64,000 bases of DNA, taken from the NCBI GenBank assembly GCA_965603825.1, contig CBFDEM010000014.1:372001-436000 (forward strand). The letters are read 5' to 3'. Within the stretch, counting starts at the first letter, position 1. The number at the start of each line of letters is the position of its first letter. Position numbers and translations under genes: made by a program. Of this stretch, positions 1-12,944 are shown piece after piece. The DNA comes from Blepharisma stoltei ATCC 30299 (Eukaryota > Protista > Ciliophora). The notes under the pieces are model-generated. The model saw only the letters and a list, made by a program, of their open reading frames with translations, had not been told where the DNA came from and did no database searches.

Positions 1-2087
1 TTGGCAATCATGTCGCTATCCTTAAGAGCAAGCACAAACATCTCTTTTCCACTAAACATTCCTACAAGAGGATATCCAGCTCCCACCAGCATTGATCCAG
101 CCATTCCTAAATAAAGCCATCCCCTTTCACTTTTGCTCATAAGCATCATTTTTTTCTTGACATTTCCTGCATCATACTCTTTTTTAGCTTGTTCCTCTTC
201 TTTAGTTTTTTTTACTTCGAGATCAGTTGCTTTTGCTTGAGCTTGTTCATCATCTTCATTTTTTTGCTGAATTTTTTGCATTTTGATGAGATGGTAGTAT
301 TTCGATTTATTTTTCATTAACTGCTTATGATTGCCAAATTCCAGTACAACTCCTTGGTCAATCATGATAATAAAATTTGATTCTTTTATTGTGAGTAAAT
401 TCTGAGCAATCGTAATTCTTGTGCTTTTTGGCATAGCTTTATCGATGGCTTCAACGACAGCTTGCTCAGTTTGCCTGTCTAAAGCACTTGTTGCTTCGTC
501 TAATAAGAGAATTTTTGGGTTTCTAATTATAGCTCTTGCAATAGCAATTCTTTGCTTCTGCCCTCCAGACAGCTGAGACCCTTTAGTTCCTGCAGGAGTC
601 TTATATTTATCTGGTAAGGCTGAAATAAAGTCATGCGCCCCTGCTTCTCGCGCTGCAAATTCTATTTCTTCTTCAGTGGCATTTAATTTTCCATACCTAA
701 TATTATCAAAAATGCTAGCATTAAAAAGTAATGGCTCTTGGCTCACAAGCCCAATATGTTCTCTTAAAAAACTAATTGAATAGTCCATGATATTGTATCC
801 ATCTATTGTAATAGTTCCAGAAGAAGGTTCATAATATCTAAGTAGAAGCTGAATTATAGTACTTTTTCCTGATCCAGTACTTCCAACAACTCCAAGCCTC
901 TGTCCTGGTTCTAAATCAAAGCTAAGTCCTTTAAGAATTTCTGAGTTAGGCGCTGATGGATAAGAGAACCTAACATCTTTAAATGAAACGGCACCTTCAA
1001 TATCGCTTTTTCGGGTTCCTTGGGTAAGTTTTGATTTTCCGTTAATAATTTCTGAAATATTATAAACGGCCACTCTCCCCATACTGATAAGTTTGAGGCT
1101 AGGAACACAAAGAGAAATGTTATTGAAGGCCATAAGACTCACCCACATAACTGTGATGACTCTTGTTAAATCATATTCCTCCCCGCCAGCCCAATTGTCC
1201 TCTCCTTTATCTATAAACCAAGCTCCAACAATATAAGTAACCCCATTCATGACCATAAAAGAACACATGCCCAACGCAGTGCCTCCTCCAACCTTCAGTC
1301 CACTAAGAAGCATGGATTTTTGTGAATCTTTTATAGACTCAGTATATTTTTTGGCTTCATGTCTCTGCCCATTTAGCGAGGATACAGTTTTGATTTCTTG
1401 CAAAGCTTCTTCAGCGATACCTCCTGCAAGTTTATAAGAAGTATCAGCTATTTTGGCACTTTGCTCAAGTCCCTTATGAGTTAGCATGAATCCCAATGTG
1501 ACAGCTGGCATGAAAACTAAGCAAAATAATGCTAACTGAAGGCCCATGATAATAGCAATAATGAGAGAAGATACTATCATGCTTGTGCCCATAATTAAAA
1601 CAATCAGTTTGTCCCCTGTGGCTCTTTCGATCATTAAAGTTTCCGTTGCTAAGGATTGGGGAAGTTCGGCAACATGTCTGAGGTCAAATCATGATGGATC
1701 TCCATTGATTATCGCTTTGAAATAGTGATTTCGGAAGTGGAAAGCTTGTCTCGCGCCAACGTTCACAAAGCACATAACTGCAAGTGTTCCGGCAACAGTA
1801 AACACAAAGGCACATCCGATAAGCTCATAGCAGACAATTTTTGCCGAGTCATAAAATGAGTCCTTTGAGGTGTTCGCATCCATGCTCCCAAAGAAATCTC
1901 CCATAAATAAGAAGAAAAGGGGCTGGATCGCTCCTAAGGCAGCAGCAGAGATGAAGCCAACCACAATAAGGAAATAATCTAAGCAGGTGGCATACTTGTA
2001 TAGATCCTTAATGCTTCCTTTACCCTGTGGAGCTTGTGGAGCTGGACCTTCAAGCGGACTGTTCTCTTCTGCTTCAGTGACCTTCAT
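1..2087 (-). CDS. ABCB/P-glycoprotein-type full ABC exporter, copy A (runs off the left edge, 3' part missing)
   Basis: ATG 2087; TGA at 1689-1691 read as Trp gives the P-gp motif GDPS-W-FD; frame stays open to base 1 through Walker A GSTGSGKST, LSGGQKQR and LLLDEATSALD; close paralog of 3240-6884. Confidence 0.93.
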
Positions 2088-2709
2088 TTTATTATAAAAT
2101 TAGGTCATTAAACAAACATGATATGAATTTATTCACCACAATTTACCAGGAATTATTTTATTTATACTTTTTGAAGGCTGGACTCTCAAAAAATCCTAAA
2201 ATTGCCAAATAGATAAGAATTTTTATAGTAAGAATAGCCTCGCATAGCAATTATAAAGCGTTTCCCGCTATCGGTCTAAAATTGCACTTCTCGTTTCTCG
2301 CTGCAGCAATATTTTCTAAAAATAATTTCATACCCAATTAATTCTCTTTGATAATACTTTCACCTGGAAACAGAGATGAACAAAAAGTGGAAGTAATAAT
2401 CGGCTTAACCGTGAACTGAAATTAAAACAACTTTCTAGGCGCTCTATTTATCAGGCAAGAACAGATTTCATTTAAAAATGGAATTTTAGAGACTGTCATT
2501 TTTGTTCGAAGAAGATATAGAATATTAAACATTTTAGTATTAGAAATAAGAATTTTTGTTTTATGGAATTCAAACAAATGAAATGCTTCTAACTTTAAAA
2601 TTAGAAATTTTCACCTAACATTAGCGATGGATTAGGAGATGTATAAGATTATGAGAAACGTAAATGCAAAATTTGCTCATAATTTATAATTATGATAGAA
2701 AAATCTTAA

Positions 2710-2882
2710 TTATTTTTTCTCAAGAGCAGCTTCTTCTTTAGAAGGTGGCTCAGCAAAAAATGGGATTTTCCCTCTTTGCCTATCATGAAGAAGCATCTTT
2801 GCGATTGTGTTTAAATCTGGCTCTCCTCCTTTTAATAATCTTCCAGACTGCTGAGCCATCTGTGTCATGAAATCTTCTGCAT
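2710..2882 (-). pseudogene. Duplicated 3' fragment of NOG2 (last ~57 codons, no start)
   Basis: Near-identical to 7488-7660 ([22 protein letters not shown]...EEAALEKK); conserved HDWQRG changed to HDRQRG; identity ends at the duplication breakpoint. Confidence 0.9.
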
Positions 2883-3239
2883 TGGTAGATATCTTGATCT
2901 GGAGTTTCAAGAATCGGAAAATATTTTTAATGAATCTGATTAGTGTAAAACTGTTCAAGGCCTTCAGCTGCAATAATTACGTGAGTTATATGGTTGCTAA
3001 GTATTTTTTGAAATTTTGCCCATAGAATTTTGACATTGCTTGAATACTTCAATAATTTCTAGAGTATTTTCTTTTTCAGTTTTCTATTTACTAAGCTATA
3101 TAAACACGAAGCAATTTCGCGATAAATTTGAAATTATAAACTAATCCATTAAAAGAATAAGGAACTTTGCTTACTTTAAATATTATTATCAAAAAAATTA
3201 ACACTGAAATGGTAAAAAGCTATTAAATATTATAACTTT

Positions 3240-6200
3240 TTAAAGATTGCTAATCATGTTATAGAAGTAGCCTCCCTGATTCATCAAATCTTCCCTCGTC
3301 CCAATTTCCAGAATTTTCCCACTTTCGAGCACCATAACTTGATGTGCTTCAGAAATTGTCTTGAGTCGATGGGCGATCATGATTACGGTTTTTCCAGCCA
3401 TTACTTCTCTAATAGCAGCTAGCAACAATAACTCTGTTTTTGAGTCCAAGGCGCTTGTTGCTTCATCAAATATCAAGATCTTAGGATTCCTGATAATTGT
3501 TCTTGCGATTGCAATACGCTGCTTTTGTCCACCACTCAGCATGCTTCCTTTTATGCCGACTTGGCGTTCAAAACCTTCTGAGTACTTTGGATCTGTTATA
3601 AATTCAATTGCTTGAGCTTTTTTCGCTGCTTCTTCTATTTCTTCTTGAGAAGCTTTTATACCATATGCAATATTTTCTGCGATAGTCCCAGTAAAAAGAA
3701 CAGGCTCTTGTCCTACAAGTCCAATTTGGCTTCTTAAATGTTTGAGGTTATAGTCTTTAATGTCAATGCCATCTATTAAGACCGAACCACTTAATGGGTC
3801 ATAAAGTCTTAAAACAAGCTGGTTTACTGTCGATTTCCCTGAACCTGTTCTCCCAATTATTGCAAAATGAGTCCCTGGCTCTATCGTAAAGCTTAAAGAT
3901 TTAACAGCCATGTAATTTCGATTTGGGTAGCAAAATACTACATCTCTAAACTCTATTTTCCCTTCAACTTCTCTTTTCTCCCCATCTTTGCTGTTAACAT
4001 TTATTTTTGGCTGATATTCTAAAACTTTAAATAGCCGTTTTGCAGCCTCAACTCCATTTTTAACATCTGGTGCATATATTCCAGCTAAGTAAAATGCATT
4101 TGAGCCAAACATACAAGTTATCATAGCAATAGTCATATCTTCATAGGTGTCAAGATTTTTAACTACGATATTTCCGCCCCACCAGAAAATCAATGCATAA
4201 GCACACCAAATTAATCCAAAACCTAAGCCATATGCAATACCTGAAATTAGTGCTTTTTTGCGAATGCTAGCAAACTCTTGAGCTGCGGGCTCTAAATATT
4301 TATCGTGCATGACTTTTTCCAAGTTAAAAGCTTTGACAGTTCTATAGTTCATAATTGCATCAGCAGCTTGAGCTGTGCAAGACTCATAGTTGAATTTTAC
4401 GACTCCAACGGATTGAGCCATAAAACATGCCGCTGTAGCAAAAATAATGATTGGGACAATAGCTAAGAAAACTAAGCATATTCTCCATGAATATCCTGCA
4501 GCAATTCCATGGGCCACTGTGAGCGATATAAGAATCCCAAGAATGATGCCAACAATGTGCCCACCCAATCCATTAACTTTTTCACAATCATTGCAAAGTC
4601 TTGCGGAAAGTGCACTGCAGTTATTTTCAGGAAGATCAAAAAATGCTGCTTCATATTTAAGAAGTGCTTTAAAGCCTGCTTTTCTCATTTTCGCCGTGAT
4701 ATTTGCACTCATTTTTGGATAACTGACTGATTCGAAAATCAGTCCAAGTGATACAAAAAATGCTAATAAGAAGATATAGCCTGCATATTCAGAACTTTTG
4801 GTAATCATGTTGCTATCCTTATAAGCTAGTACAAAGGTCTCTTTTCCACAGAACATTCCTACAATAGGATATCCAGCCCCAACCAGTATTGATCCAGCCA
4901 TTCCTAAGTAAAGCCACCCCCTTTCACTTTTGCTCATAAGCATCATTTTTTTCTTGACGTTTCCTGCATCGTACTCATTTTTAACTTGCTCATCTTCTTT
5001 CGTTTTATTTACTTCGAGATCAATTACTTTTGCTTGAGCTTGTTCATCATCCTCATTTTTTTGCTGAATTTTTTGCATTTTGACGAGATGGTAGTATTTC
5101 GATTTGTTTTTCATTAATTGCTTATGATTGCCAAATTCCAGTACAACTCCTTGGTCAATCACGATAATAAAATTTGATTCTTTTATTGTGAGTAAATTCT
5201 GAGAAATCGTAATTCTTGTGCTTTTTGGCATGGCTTTATCTATGGCTTCAACGACAGCTTGCTCAGTTCGCCTGTCTAAAGCACTTGTTGCTTCGTCTAA
5301 TAAGAGAATTTTTGGGTTTCTAATGATAGCTCTTGCAATAGCAATTCTTTGCTTCTGCCCTCCGGACAGCTGAGACCCTTTAGCTCCTGCAGGAGTCTTA
5401 TATTTATCGGGTAAGGCTGAAATAAAGTCATGCACTCCTGCTTCTCGCGCTGCAAATTCTATTTCTTCTTCAGTGGCATTTAATTTTCCATACCTAATAT
5501 TATCAAAAATGCTGGCATTAAAAAGTAATGGTTCTTGGCTCACAAGCCCAATATATTCTCTTAAAAAACTTATTGAATAGTCCATGATGTTGTATCCATC
5601 TATTGTAATAGTTCCAGAAGAAGGTTCATAATATCTAAGTAGAAGCTGAATTATAGTACTTTTTCCTGATCCAGTACTTCCAGCAACTCCAAGCCTCTGT
5701 CCTGGTTCTAAATCAAAGCTAAGTCCTTTAAGAATTTCTGAGTTAGGCGCTGATGGATAAGAGAACCTAACATCTTTAAATGAAACGGCACCTTCAATAT
5801 CGCTTTTTCGGGTTCCTTGGGTAAGTTTTGATTTACCTTTAATAATTTCTGTAATATTATAAACAGCCACTCTCCCCATACTGATAAGTTTTAGACTAGG
5901 AACGCACAGCGAAATATTATTAAAGGCCATAAGACTCACCCACATAACTGTGATGACTCTTGTTAAATCATATTCCTCCCCACCAGCCCAATTGTCCTCT
6001 CCCTTATCTATGAGCCAAGCTCCAACAATATAAATAACTCCATTCATAATCATAAAAGAGCTCACGCCTAATGCAGTACCTCCACCAACCTTCAATCCAC
6101 TAAAAAGCATGGATTTTTGTGAATCTTTTATAGATTCTGTATATTTTTTGGCTTCATGTTTCTGCCCATTTAGCGAGGATACAGTTTTGATTTCTTGCAA

Positions 6201-6884
6201 AGCTTCTTCAGCGATACCTCCTGCAAGTTTATAAGAAGTATCAGCTATTTTGGAACTTTGTTCAAGTCCCTTATGAGTCAACATGAATCCATATGTAACC
6301 GTCGGCATGAAAACTAAGCAAAATAATGCTAGCTGGAGGCCCATGATAAAGGCAATAATGAAAGAAGATATTATCATGCTTGTGCCCATAATTAAAACAA
6401 TCAGTTTGTCCCCTGTGGCTCTTTCGATCATTAAAGTTTCTGTTGCTAAGGATTGGGGAAGTTCTGCAACATGTCTGAGGTCAAATCATGATGGATCTCT
6501 ATTGATTATCGCTTTGAAATAGTGATTTCGGAAGTGGAAAGCTTGTCTAGCACCAACATTCACAAAGCACATAACTGAAACTGTTCCAGCAATAGTAAAA
6601 ACAAAGGCAGATCCGATAAGCTCATAACAGACAATTTTTGCTGATTCATAAAATGAGTCCTTTGAGGTGTTCGCATCCATGCTCCCAAAGAAATCTCCCA
6701 TGAATAAGAAGAAAGAAGGCTGGATCGCTCCTAAGGCAGTAGCGGAGATGAAACCAACCAAAATAAGGAAATAGTCTAAGCAGGTGGCATACTTGTATAG
6801 ATCCTTGATGCTTCCTTTACCCTGTGGAGCTTGTGGAGTTGGACCTTCAAGCGGATTGCTCTCTTCTGCTTCGGTGACCTTCAT
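3240..6884 (-). CDS. ABCB/P-glycoprotein-type full ABC exporter, copy B (1214 aa, TMD-NBD-TMD-NBD)
   Basis: ORFs 6486-6884 and 3240-6431 join in frame through TGA=Trp at 6486-6488 (RDPS-W-FD); two NBDs with Walker A, Q-loop, LSGGQ and DEATSALD. Confidence 0.95.
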
Positions 6885-7660
6885 TTTATTATTTAGTGTA
6901 TTAAAAAAACATGATATGGATATTTTACATTTACAGATATTATTATATTTATGCTTTTTGAGGTTGAACTTTCAAAAATTCCTAAAATCGCCAAATAAAT
7001 AAGAATTTTTATAATAAGAATAGAATCGCATAGCAATTATAAATTGTTTGCCACTATCGGTCTAAAATTGCATTTCTCGCTGCAGCAATATTTTCTAAAT
7101 ATAATTTCATACCATTTAATTCTCTTTGATAATATTCTTCACCTGGAAACAGAGATGAATAAAAAGTGGAAGTAATAATCGACTTAACCGTGAACTGAAA
7201 TTAAAACCAATTTCTTAGCGCTCTATTTACTAGGTAAGAACAAATTTCATTTAAAGATGGAATTTTAGAGGTTTCATTTTTGTTCGAAGAAGATATAGAA
7301 TAATAAACATTTTAAAATTAGAAAGTAAGAATTTTTGTTTTATGGAGTTCAAACAATGAAATGCTTCTAACTTTAAAAATTAGAAATTTCACCCAATATT
7401 AGTGATGGATTATGAGAATTATAAGGCTATGAGAAATCTAAATGCAAATTAAATTCATAATTTATAATTATGATAGAAAAATCTTAATTATTTTTTCTCA
7501 AGAGCAGCTTCTTCTTTAGAAGGTGGTTCAGCAAAAAATGGGATTTTCCCTCTTTGCCAATCATGAAGTAACATCTTTGCAATTGTGTTCAAATCTGGCT
7601 CTCCTCCTTTTAATAATCTTCCAGACTGCTGAGCCATCTGTGTCATGAAATCTTCTGCAT
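4798..7660. repeat. Tandem segmental duplication, right copy (matches 1-2882)
   Basis: Colinear similarity with 1-2882, including non-coding 6885-7487. Confidence 0.95.
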
Positions 7661-8918
7661 CTTGCCACTCTTGAACCCCATATAATCCTTGTAAGTGCTC
7701 TTTATTCACCCTTGGTAGCATACTTGATATATAAATGCTTGGATCTTCAATTTTCTCTGGCCTGATTACACCTTTTAGCACTAAATCAGCATCAGAATCT
7801 CCAACATCATAGACCACTCCAGGACAGTCTATCAAATAAATTCTTTTAGTCAAGGTGATATATTGCCAAACTTTAGTTTCTCCTGGAATTGGAGCCACTT
7901 TACACACTTCTTTCGATCTTAAAGTATTAATAACTGAAGATTTGCCTACGTTTGGATATCCGATAAACCCAACACTAATATTCTTTTTGTCTTTGTGGAA
8001 AGTATCAAATTGCCTTAAGAGCTGGATTAAGGCAGCTTTTCCAAAGGGATTTGTGACTGATGCATGAAAAGCAATTGTAGGATATTCTTTCGATAAATGC
8101 TTAACCCAAGAAGTTGTGACCCATGTAGGCACCAGATCACATTTGTTGAGCACAAAGAACAAATGCTTGTTTGGCTTCTTTTTCAGTTGCTTTTCCACAT
8201 GTGGGCATCTTGTTCCCATAGGGTCCCTAACATCAAGCACCTGGCAAATTACATCAGAACTGTCCAAAACCTTATAAAGCTCTTCCCAGATTCTTTTGGA
8301 TTGCCCTTTTTCCAATCTTCTGTCCTTTAATTCTCCTTTCTCTCCATACTCGTTCACAATGTTGGTGTCTTTTTCTTCGTCATACTCTTCTTCTTTATTT
8401 TTAATTTCTTCGACCATGGCTGACAAGTCATAATTTTGCAGTTTTGGTCTTTTTCGCCTAGCCTTGGATCCAAAGGTCTCTTCAAAGGACTCGACATCTA
8501 GGAGAGGAGGACGTTTAGCCTTATCACTGGGCTCTGAAATGAGAGCCATAGGGAGTTTATTGGGCTTGATAAGCATGGAGTATGGGTCTGAGGTAGCTTC
8601 TCTGACTTCATTTCTGAAAAGCTCAAGCTCATCTTGTTTGATCGTTCTGGTGTTACCAAACCAACGACGATCTGGCTCTATCATTGCAGGCAGATCAGGG
8701 CGAAGAGCTCGGCGCTGTTCATCTGGCTTCTGGTTGTAAAGGTTGAGACGGTTGATGGTGGATTTTGACCTATAGGAGTGAGGTTTTCGTCCTTTGATAA
8801 CACGGTCTGGATTTGTGGAAGAATTTGAATGGTGTTTTGTGTAGTTTTCACGGTGAATTGTTTTTCCTCCGAGAGGCGTTTGGGATTTCGCTTTCTTTGC
8901 TCGGAGTTTTTTGGGCAT
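7488..8918 (-). CDS. NOG2: Nucleolar GTPase NOG2/GNL2 (circularly permuted GTPase of 60S biogenesis), 476 aa
   Basis: NGP1NT-like N-terminus ([18 protein letters not shown]), [20 protein letters not shown]4 NKCD, G1 [10 protein letters not shown]3 DCPG. Confidence 0.96.
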   Translation of the reverse strand: MPKKLRAKKAKSQTPLGGKTIHRENYTKHHSNSSTNPDRVIKGRKPHSYRSKSTINRLNLYNQKPDEQRRALRPDLPAMIEPDRRWFGNTRTIKQDELELFRNEVREATSDPYSMLIKPNKLPMALISEPSDKAKRPPLLDVESFEETFGSKARRKRPKLQNYDLSAMVEEIKNKEEEYDEEKDTNIVNEYGEKGELKDRRLEKGQSKRIWEELYKVLDSSDVICQVLDVRDPMGTRCPHVEKQLKKKPNKHLFFVLNKCDLVPTWVTTSWVKHLSKEYPTIAFHASVTNPFGKAALIQLLRQFDTFHKDKKNISVGFIGYPNVGKSSVINTLRSKEVCKVAPIPGETKVWQYITLTKRIYLIDCPGVVYDVGDSDADLVLKGVIRPEKIEDPSIYISSMLPRVNKEHLQGLYGVQEWQDAEDFMTQMAQQSGRLLKGGEPDLNTIAKMLLHDWQRGKIPFFAEPPSKEEAALEKK

Positions 8919-9201
8919 TTATATGGATTATAATGGGTGATGAATGATGGTAAGTTCAATTGATTTGTGATTTCAAGGAATTTATATTTGCATTTTAAAA
9001 ATTATTTTAGCATCAATTACTCTGCTGATAGCTTATTTTCAATAAAAAATCACTACATTATGAGCTTTATCATTTTAATTAATATTTGATCCTATAAAAT
9101 ATTAGCATCATAAAACTAGGCTAATAAAGCAGCCAAATAGAGAAAATCTTCAATTTTTAAAAATAGGATTAAATTAATTATAAAATCAGGAATCGTTAAA
9201 T

Positions 9202-10302
9202 ATGTTGGATTCCATAAGCGACAACCAATTGATAAGGGATTTTCTATTTTTATATCCGAGAAATCAATGAGGGAAATGTGTGGAATACACATTAGTTATA
9301 GGGATAAATGCAGTTCAAAGTAAATTAACTGGATTCGTTTCATTAGAGCAATTGAGTTTAATAGCGAAACAATCATTTGAATCTGAAAAAAATAAGATTC
9401 CTGAAATAAAAGCCAAACTTTCAACTATTAAAGACGAATTAGAAAAATTTAACCGTGAATCTGAAAAATCAAAGGACAATTCCAAGAGAAGTTCAAGCGA
9501 AAATCTAAGGCAAAGACCGAGTAAAACTCTTAAGCCTCCCAAGCCAATTCACAAAAAGCAAGCTCCAAAACCATTACTAATCGAATCCACCCCGAGATTT
9601 AAAGCACAAACAACTGATTTATCTAAAAGCAAAAGCAAAGATCATGAAAAGGAAAATAATTTAAATAAGGAAAATCTGAAGAAATATGCAAATAAAAGCG
9701 AAATTAACTATGAAAGTGCAAAGCAGAAAATCAGAATAGGTGAAACATATCCTCATAGCAGAAGCAAACAACCTTCTCCTACGCTTGAGGAACTCCTATG
9801 TACCAGCAGAATTACCCAAGCAGAACACAGCCGCATTGAAGAATCAAATTTAAGAAAATATTTTAAGCCAGAGCTATCTTCTATTTCTATAGCAGACAAC
9901 AAAGGGAACTTTGATAACCTTTCGCAATACACAGCTTTAGATGACACTTTTACAAATATAAAAAAGCCTGAAAGCCATAATGAAGGTGCTAACTTGGCTG
10001 ATTTCCAAACTCCGAGATACCCAGTTCAAGTAAACTTTTCACAAAGCGATGAAGGCGATTCTGGGATTTTGCATATTGCTGATGAATTTTTAAAAAATCC
10101 TCTGTTTTTGCATATTTCAAAAAATAAAACCCAAGAGAAAAAAGGGAGGCGAGGGAATCTGAAAGGTGAGGAGCTGAGAAGCACTGGGAAAATCAAAAAC
10201 TCTACAGATTTTATTATGAATGGATTCCAAAGTGAAAGGGTATCGACATTAAACTGCAGTCCCATAGAAAGCTTCATTTTTGATTACGAAGATATCTCTT
10301 AA
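9202..10302 (+). CDS. Hypothetical protein, 366 aa, low complexity
   Basis: ORF 9280-10302 extends upstream through TGA (9268-9270) to ATG 9202; ends TAA. Confidence 0.7.
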
Positions 10303-10362
10303 ACCTGCTATTTTAATAATTTTTATTTTAATTATCGTTATACTATAAGTTTATTTAATAAG

Positions 10363-11169
10363 CTATCCAACCTTGACTCTTAATCTAACACTAGGGAAAA
10401 CTAAGCTATAAATAAACGGCAAAAATACCGTCATAGAAATCACCATTCATTCACAAGCTGCTTCTACATTTTGATTTGTAAACCAATTCGCTTGTTCTGT
10501 GTATGCATACTTGTATTCGTATAAATTAACCAAAAGGATAGCAAATCCAATAGCCAAATATTTCAGTAAAAAATCCTTCCATATCAAATTTTCTTTAGGG
10601 ATAGAAATTGCATTGATGCAAAGCAAGGACATGTAAATCCAAGCTAAAACCCCACAAATAAAACCAATCATAATCCAATAATGAATTTTTTCCAAAGGGA
10701 CCACATGCGAGCTATTTCCTTCATCAATCATTGATATAAATGGGAAAGCCAGCACAATTCCAGCACTTAAAAGCGTATAAAATAGTTTGAGTCTAGGTGT
10801 GTAAATTTTAAAAAAGTGGACATGTGCAGTGATAAAAAATAGTCCTGTGATGAATGCATAAAAGGCCATAGTGAAGTTAAACAATCTATCATGGCCTCTA
10901 AAACAAGCTAGATAACTAACTGTAGGCCAAAATATAGAGCAATCAAAAGTACTGACACAGGACCAAATGATGTTGATGACTACAATTACCTCCATTAAGA
11001 TTCCTGAGACTAAAAAAATAGTTTGCCCAGTAATTTGTATTTCTTTATTGAAAGCTGGCTTGATAATTGAATAATCATAGCTTTTTGCCATATTTTTCTT
11101 AGCCTTTAAATCAAATGATGGGCGTATTTTGCTTTGTATTTGATTAGATGATTTATAATGAAATTCCAT
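10363..11169 (-). CDS. Frag1/DRAM/Sfk1 (PGAP2-like) membrane protein, 268 aa
   Basis: Several TM segments, WPTVS near the N-terminus, family motif AACE-W completed by TGA at 10447-10449; TAG at 10363-10365. Confidence 0.7.
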
Positions 11170-11432
11170 ATATTTTTATCACTAATATTATGTATATGTC
11201 TTTTAACAAACAATGAATAAATATATGCGGAATTTAAGAAGATAGAGCAGTTATACTTATCTTGAAAGCTGAGCATTATTGCCAAAGAAATTTTGAAAAG
11301 TCAAGACGCTATCAAGGTTAGCCAAAGTACATAAAAAGCATGAATTATATAATAGATCTAATTTTTAAGTAAGCTAAAGGTTAAAAAAGTTGCGCTAACT
11401 TATATGATAGCTCTTTGTTATATTAAAAATAT

Positions 11433-11774
11433 TTATAGGGCATCAAGTGATTCCTGAACGCATTCGTTGACAATTTTTGCCTTTTTTTGAAGTTTTTCTA
11501 GTCTTTCAACAGCTTGCTCATATTGTAATTGCAGTGTTTTTATTTCGCCTTCTTGCTGTTCTTTAGTCTGGCTGAAAAGTTCATCTGGGAGTTTGCTGAT
11601 AGAACTTATTATCCCTTGGTGAGCTTCTACAAGCTGGGCACTATATGAACTGACTAATTTTGCTCTTTCAGAAGGCTCAAGCTTTGCAGCTTGTTGTTGA
11701 ATTTCGTTTATTCCTTGATATAGCTTTCCAGTAAAATTTGCAAGATTGCTTTCAAGATCACTGAGATAATCCAT
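11433..11774 (-). CDS. MED21: Mediator subunit MED21/SRB7-like, 113 aa
   Basis: MDYLSDLESNL...GINEIQQQA and ISKLP...QQEGEIKTLQ pattern with a C-terminal coiled coil resembles Med21; first ATG at 11774. Confidence 0.65.
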   Translation of the reverse strand: MDYLSDLESNLANFTGKLYQGINEIQQQAAKLEPSERAKLVSSYSAQLVEAHQGIISSISKLPDELFSQTKEQQEGEIKTLQLQYEQAVERLEKLQKKAKIVNECVQESLDAL

Positions 11775-12131
11775 TTTATAATTCTCAAAATATTGAAGCT
11801 TCAAGAGAGATTTTTAAATATAGAAGCAAGCAGAATTCATGCAGCGTATTATTCGAATTCATCTGTGAGCTTCAATATTTAAATCAAAACGGCTATATTC
11901 TAATTATGGATAATGAATAATATAAATGAAGTGTATTCTCCAAATGAATTTTGAATTTTTGTCAATAACTTTATGTTTTATTTTATATAATTGAATATTT
12001 AATATAATTAATTTACAAGAAGCTTTTAAAAACAATCTCAGAAACAAATTAAGACTATCTCACAAACGCGCCTAAACATGATTTGATAAGTATGAGCCAT
12101 GTTTAAACTATAATTTAATCCAACCATTGTA

Positions 12132-12908
12132 ATGCCAACCTACGCAGAGTTTATTCAAGAAATTTTCCATGAAGTCAATCAAGCCCGCACAAATCCACAT
12201 GAATTTGCAGACCGCTTGGAGAGTACTCTTTCGCAATACAAATCTAACAATGCCAAACATCGACCAGGTGCAGTACCAATTGTGACTCGTGAAGGAGTTG
12301 GCGCAGCAAAAGAAGCAATTCAAGCCTTGCGCTCTTCAGAGCCTATACAGGCATTAACTTGGTCAGAAGGTCTTGGCAGAGCTTCCCAAGCTCATTGCAA
12401 TGACACTGGCTCCCTTGGAATTGTAGGCCACATTGGCTCAAAAGAAAATACCCTTCAAGATCGGTTAGAATATTTTGGCCGCTGGAGTGAGTGTATAGCT
12501 GAAGCTCTTGACTACGGCTCAGTTGATGCTTTTGAGACAGTCAGCACTTTCTTGATAGATGACGGTCTTTCCACGCGTCCTCATAGAAATGCCCTTCTTA
12601 ACCCTCGATTTAATAAAGTAGGAATTGGTGCAGCACCTCATACAGAATATAAAACTGTCATTAGCGTTGTCTTGGCTGGAGGATTTAAAGATAAAGATGA
12701 GCTAGAACAGGTAGAAATCGCTGAAGGAGAGCTTAAGCCTGTCGCTGAGGTCGATGAATGGCTTGATGGAGCTGTTAAGCTGACCTGCGAGGTTAGGACT
12801 GAAACTGAAGCTGGAAAAACAGTGAAAAAAGTAAAAAAATATTGGGAAATGGCTGATGGAACTACGCAGATTACAGAATCAACTCTAGAACAAAAAGAAG
12901 AAGCTTAA
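12132..12908 (+). CDS. CAP/SCP-domain protein, 258 aa
   Basis: EVNQARTNP, HCNDTG...GHIGS, LIDDG...RPHRNALLNPRFNKVGIG. Confidence 0.88.
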   Translation: MPTYAEFIQEIFHEVNQARTNPHEFADRLESTLSQYKSNNAKHRPGAVPIVTREGVGAAKEAIQALRSSEPIQALTWSEGLGRASQAHCNDTGSLGIVGHIGSKENTLQDRLEYFGRWSECIAEALDYGSVDAFETVSTFLIDDGLSTRPHRNALLNPRFNKVGIGAAPHTEYKTVISVVLAGGFKDKDELEQVEIAEGELKPVAEVDEWLDGAVKLTCEVRTETEAGKTVKKVKKYWEMADGTTQITESTLEQKEEA

Positions 12909-12944
12909 TAAGTTAAAATTTAATTGAAATTTGTCGTTAATATT

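Larger units (their letters stand above)
1..2882. repeat. Tandem segmental duplication, left copy (matches ~4798-7660)
   Basis: Base 1 aligns to 4798; similarity continues through the ABCB 5' half, the intergenic/promoter region and the NOG2 3' end, and stops after TCTTCTGCAT at 2882/7660. Confidence 0.95.

Noticed and set aside
2710-2973. 87-aa ORF appearing as a chimeric NOG2-tail gene
   Set aside because: Starts at TTG, spans the duplication breakpoint and has no ATG; best explained as a passive NOG2 fragment
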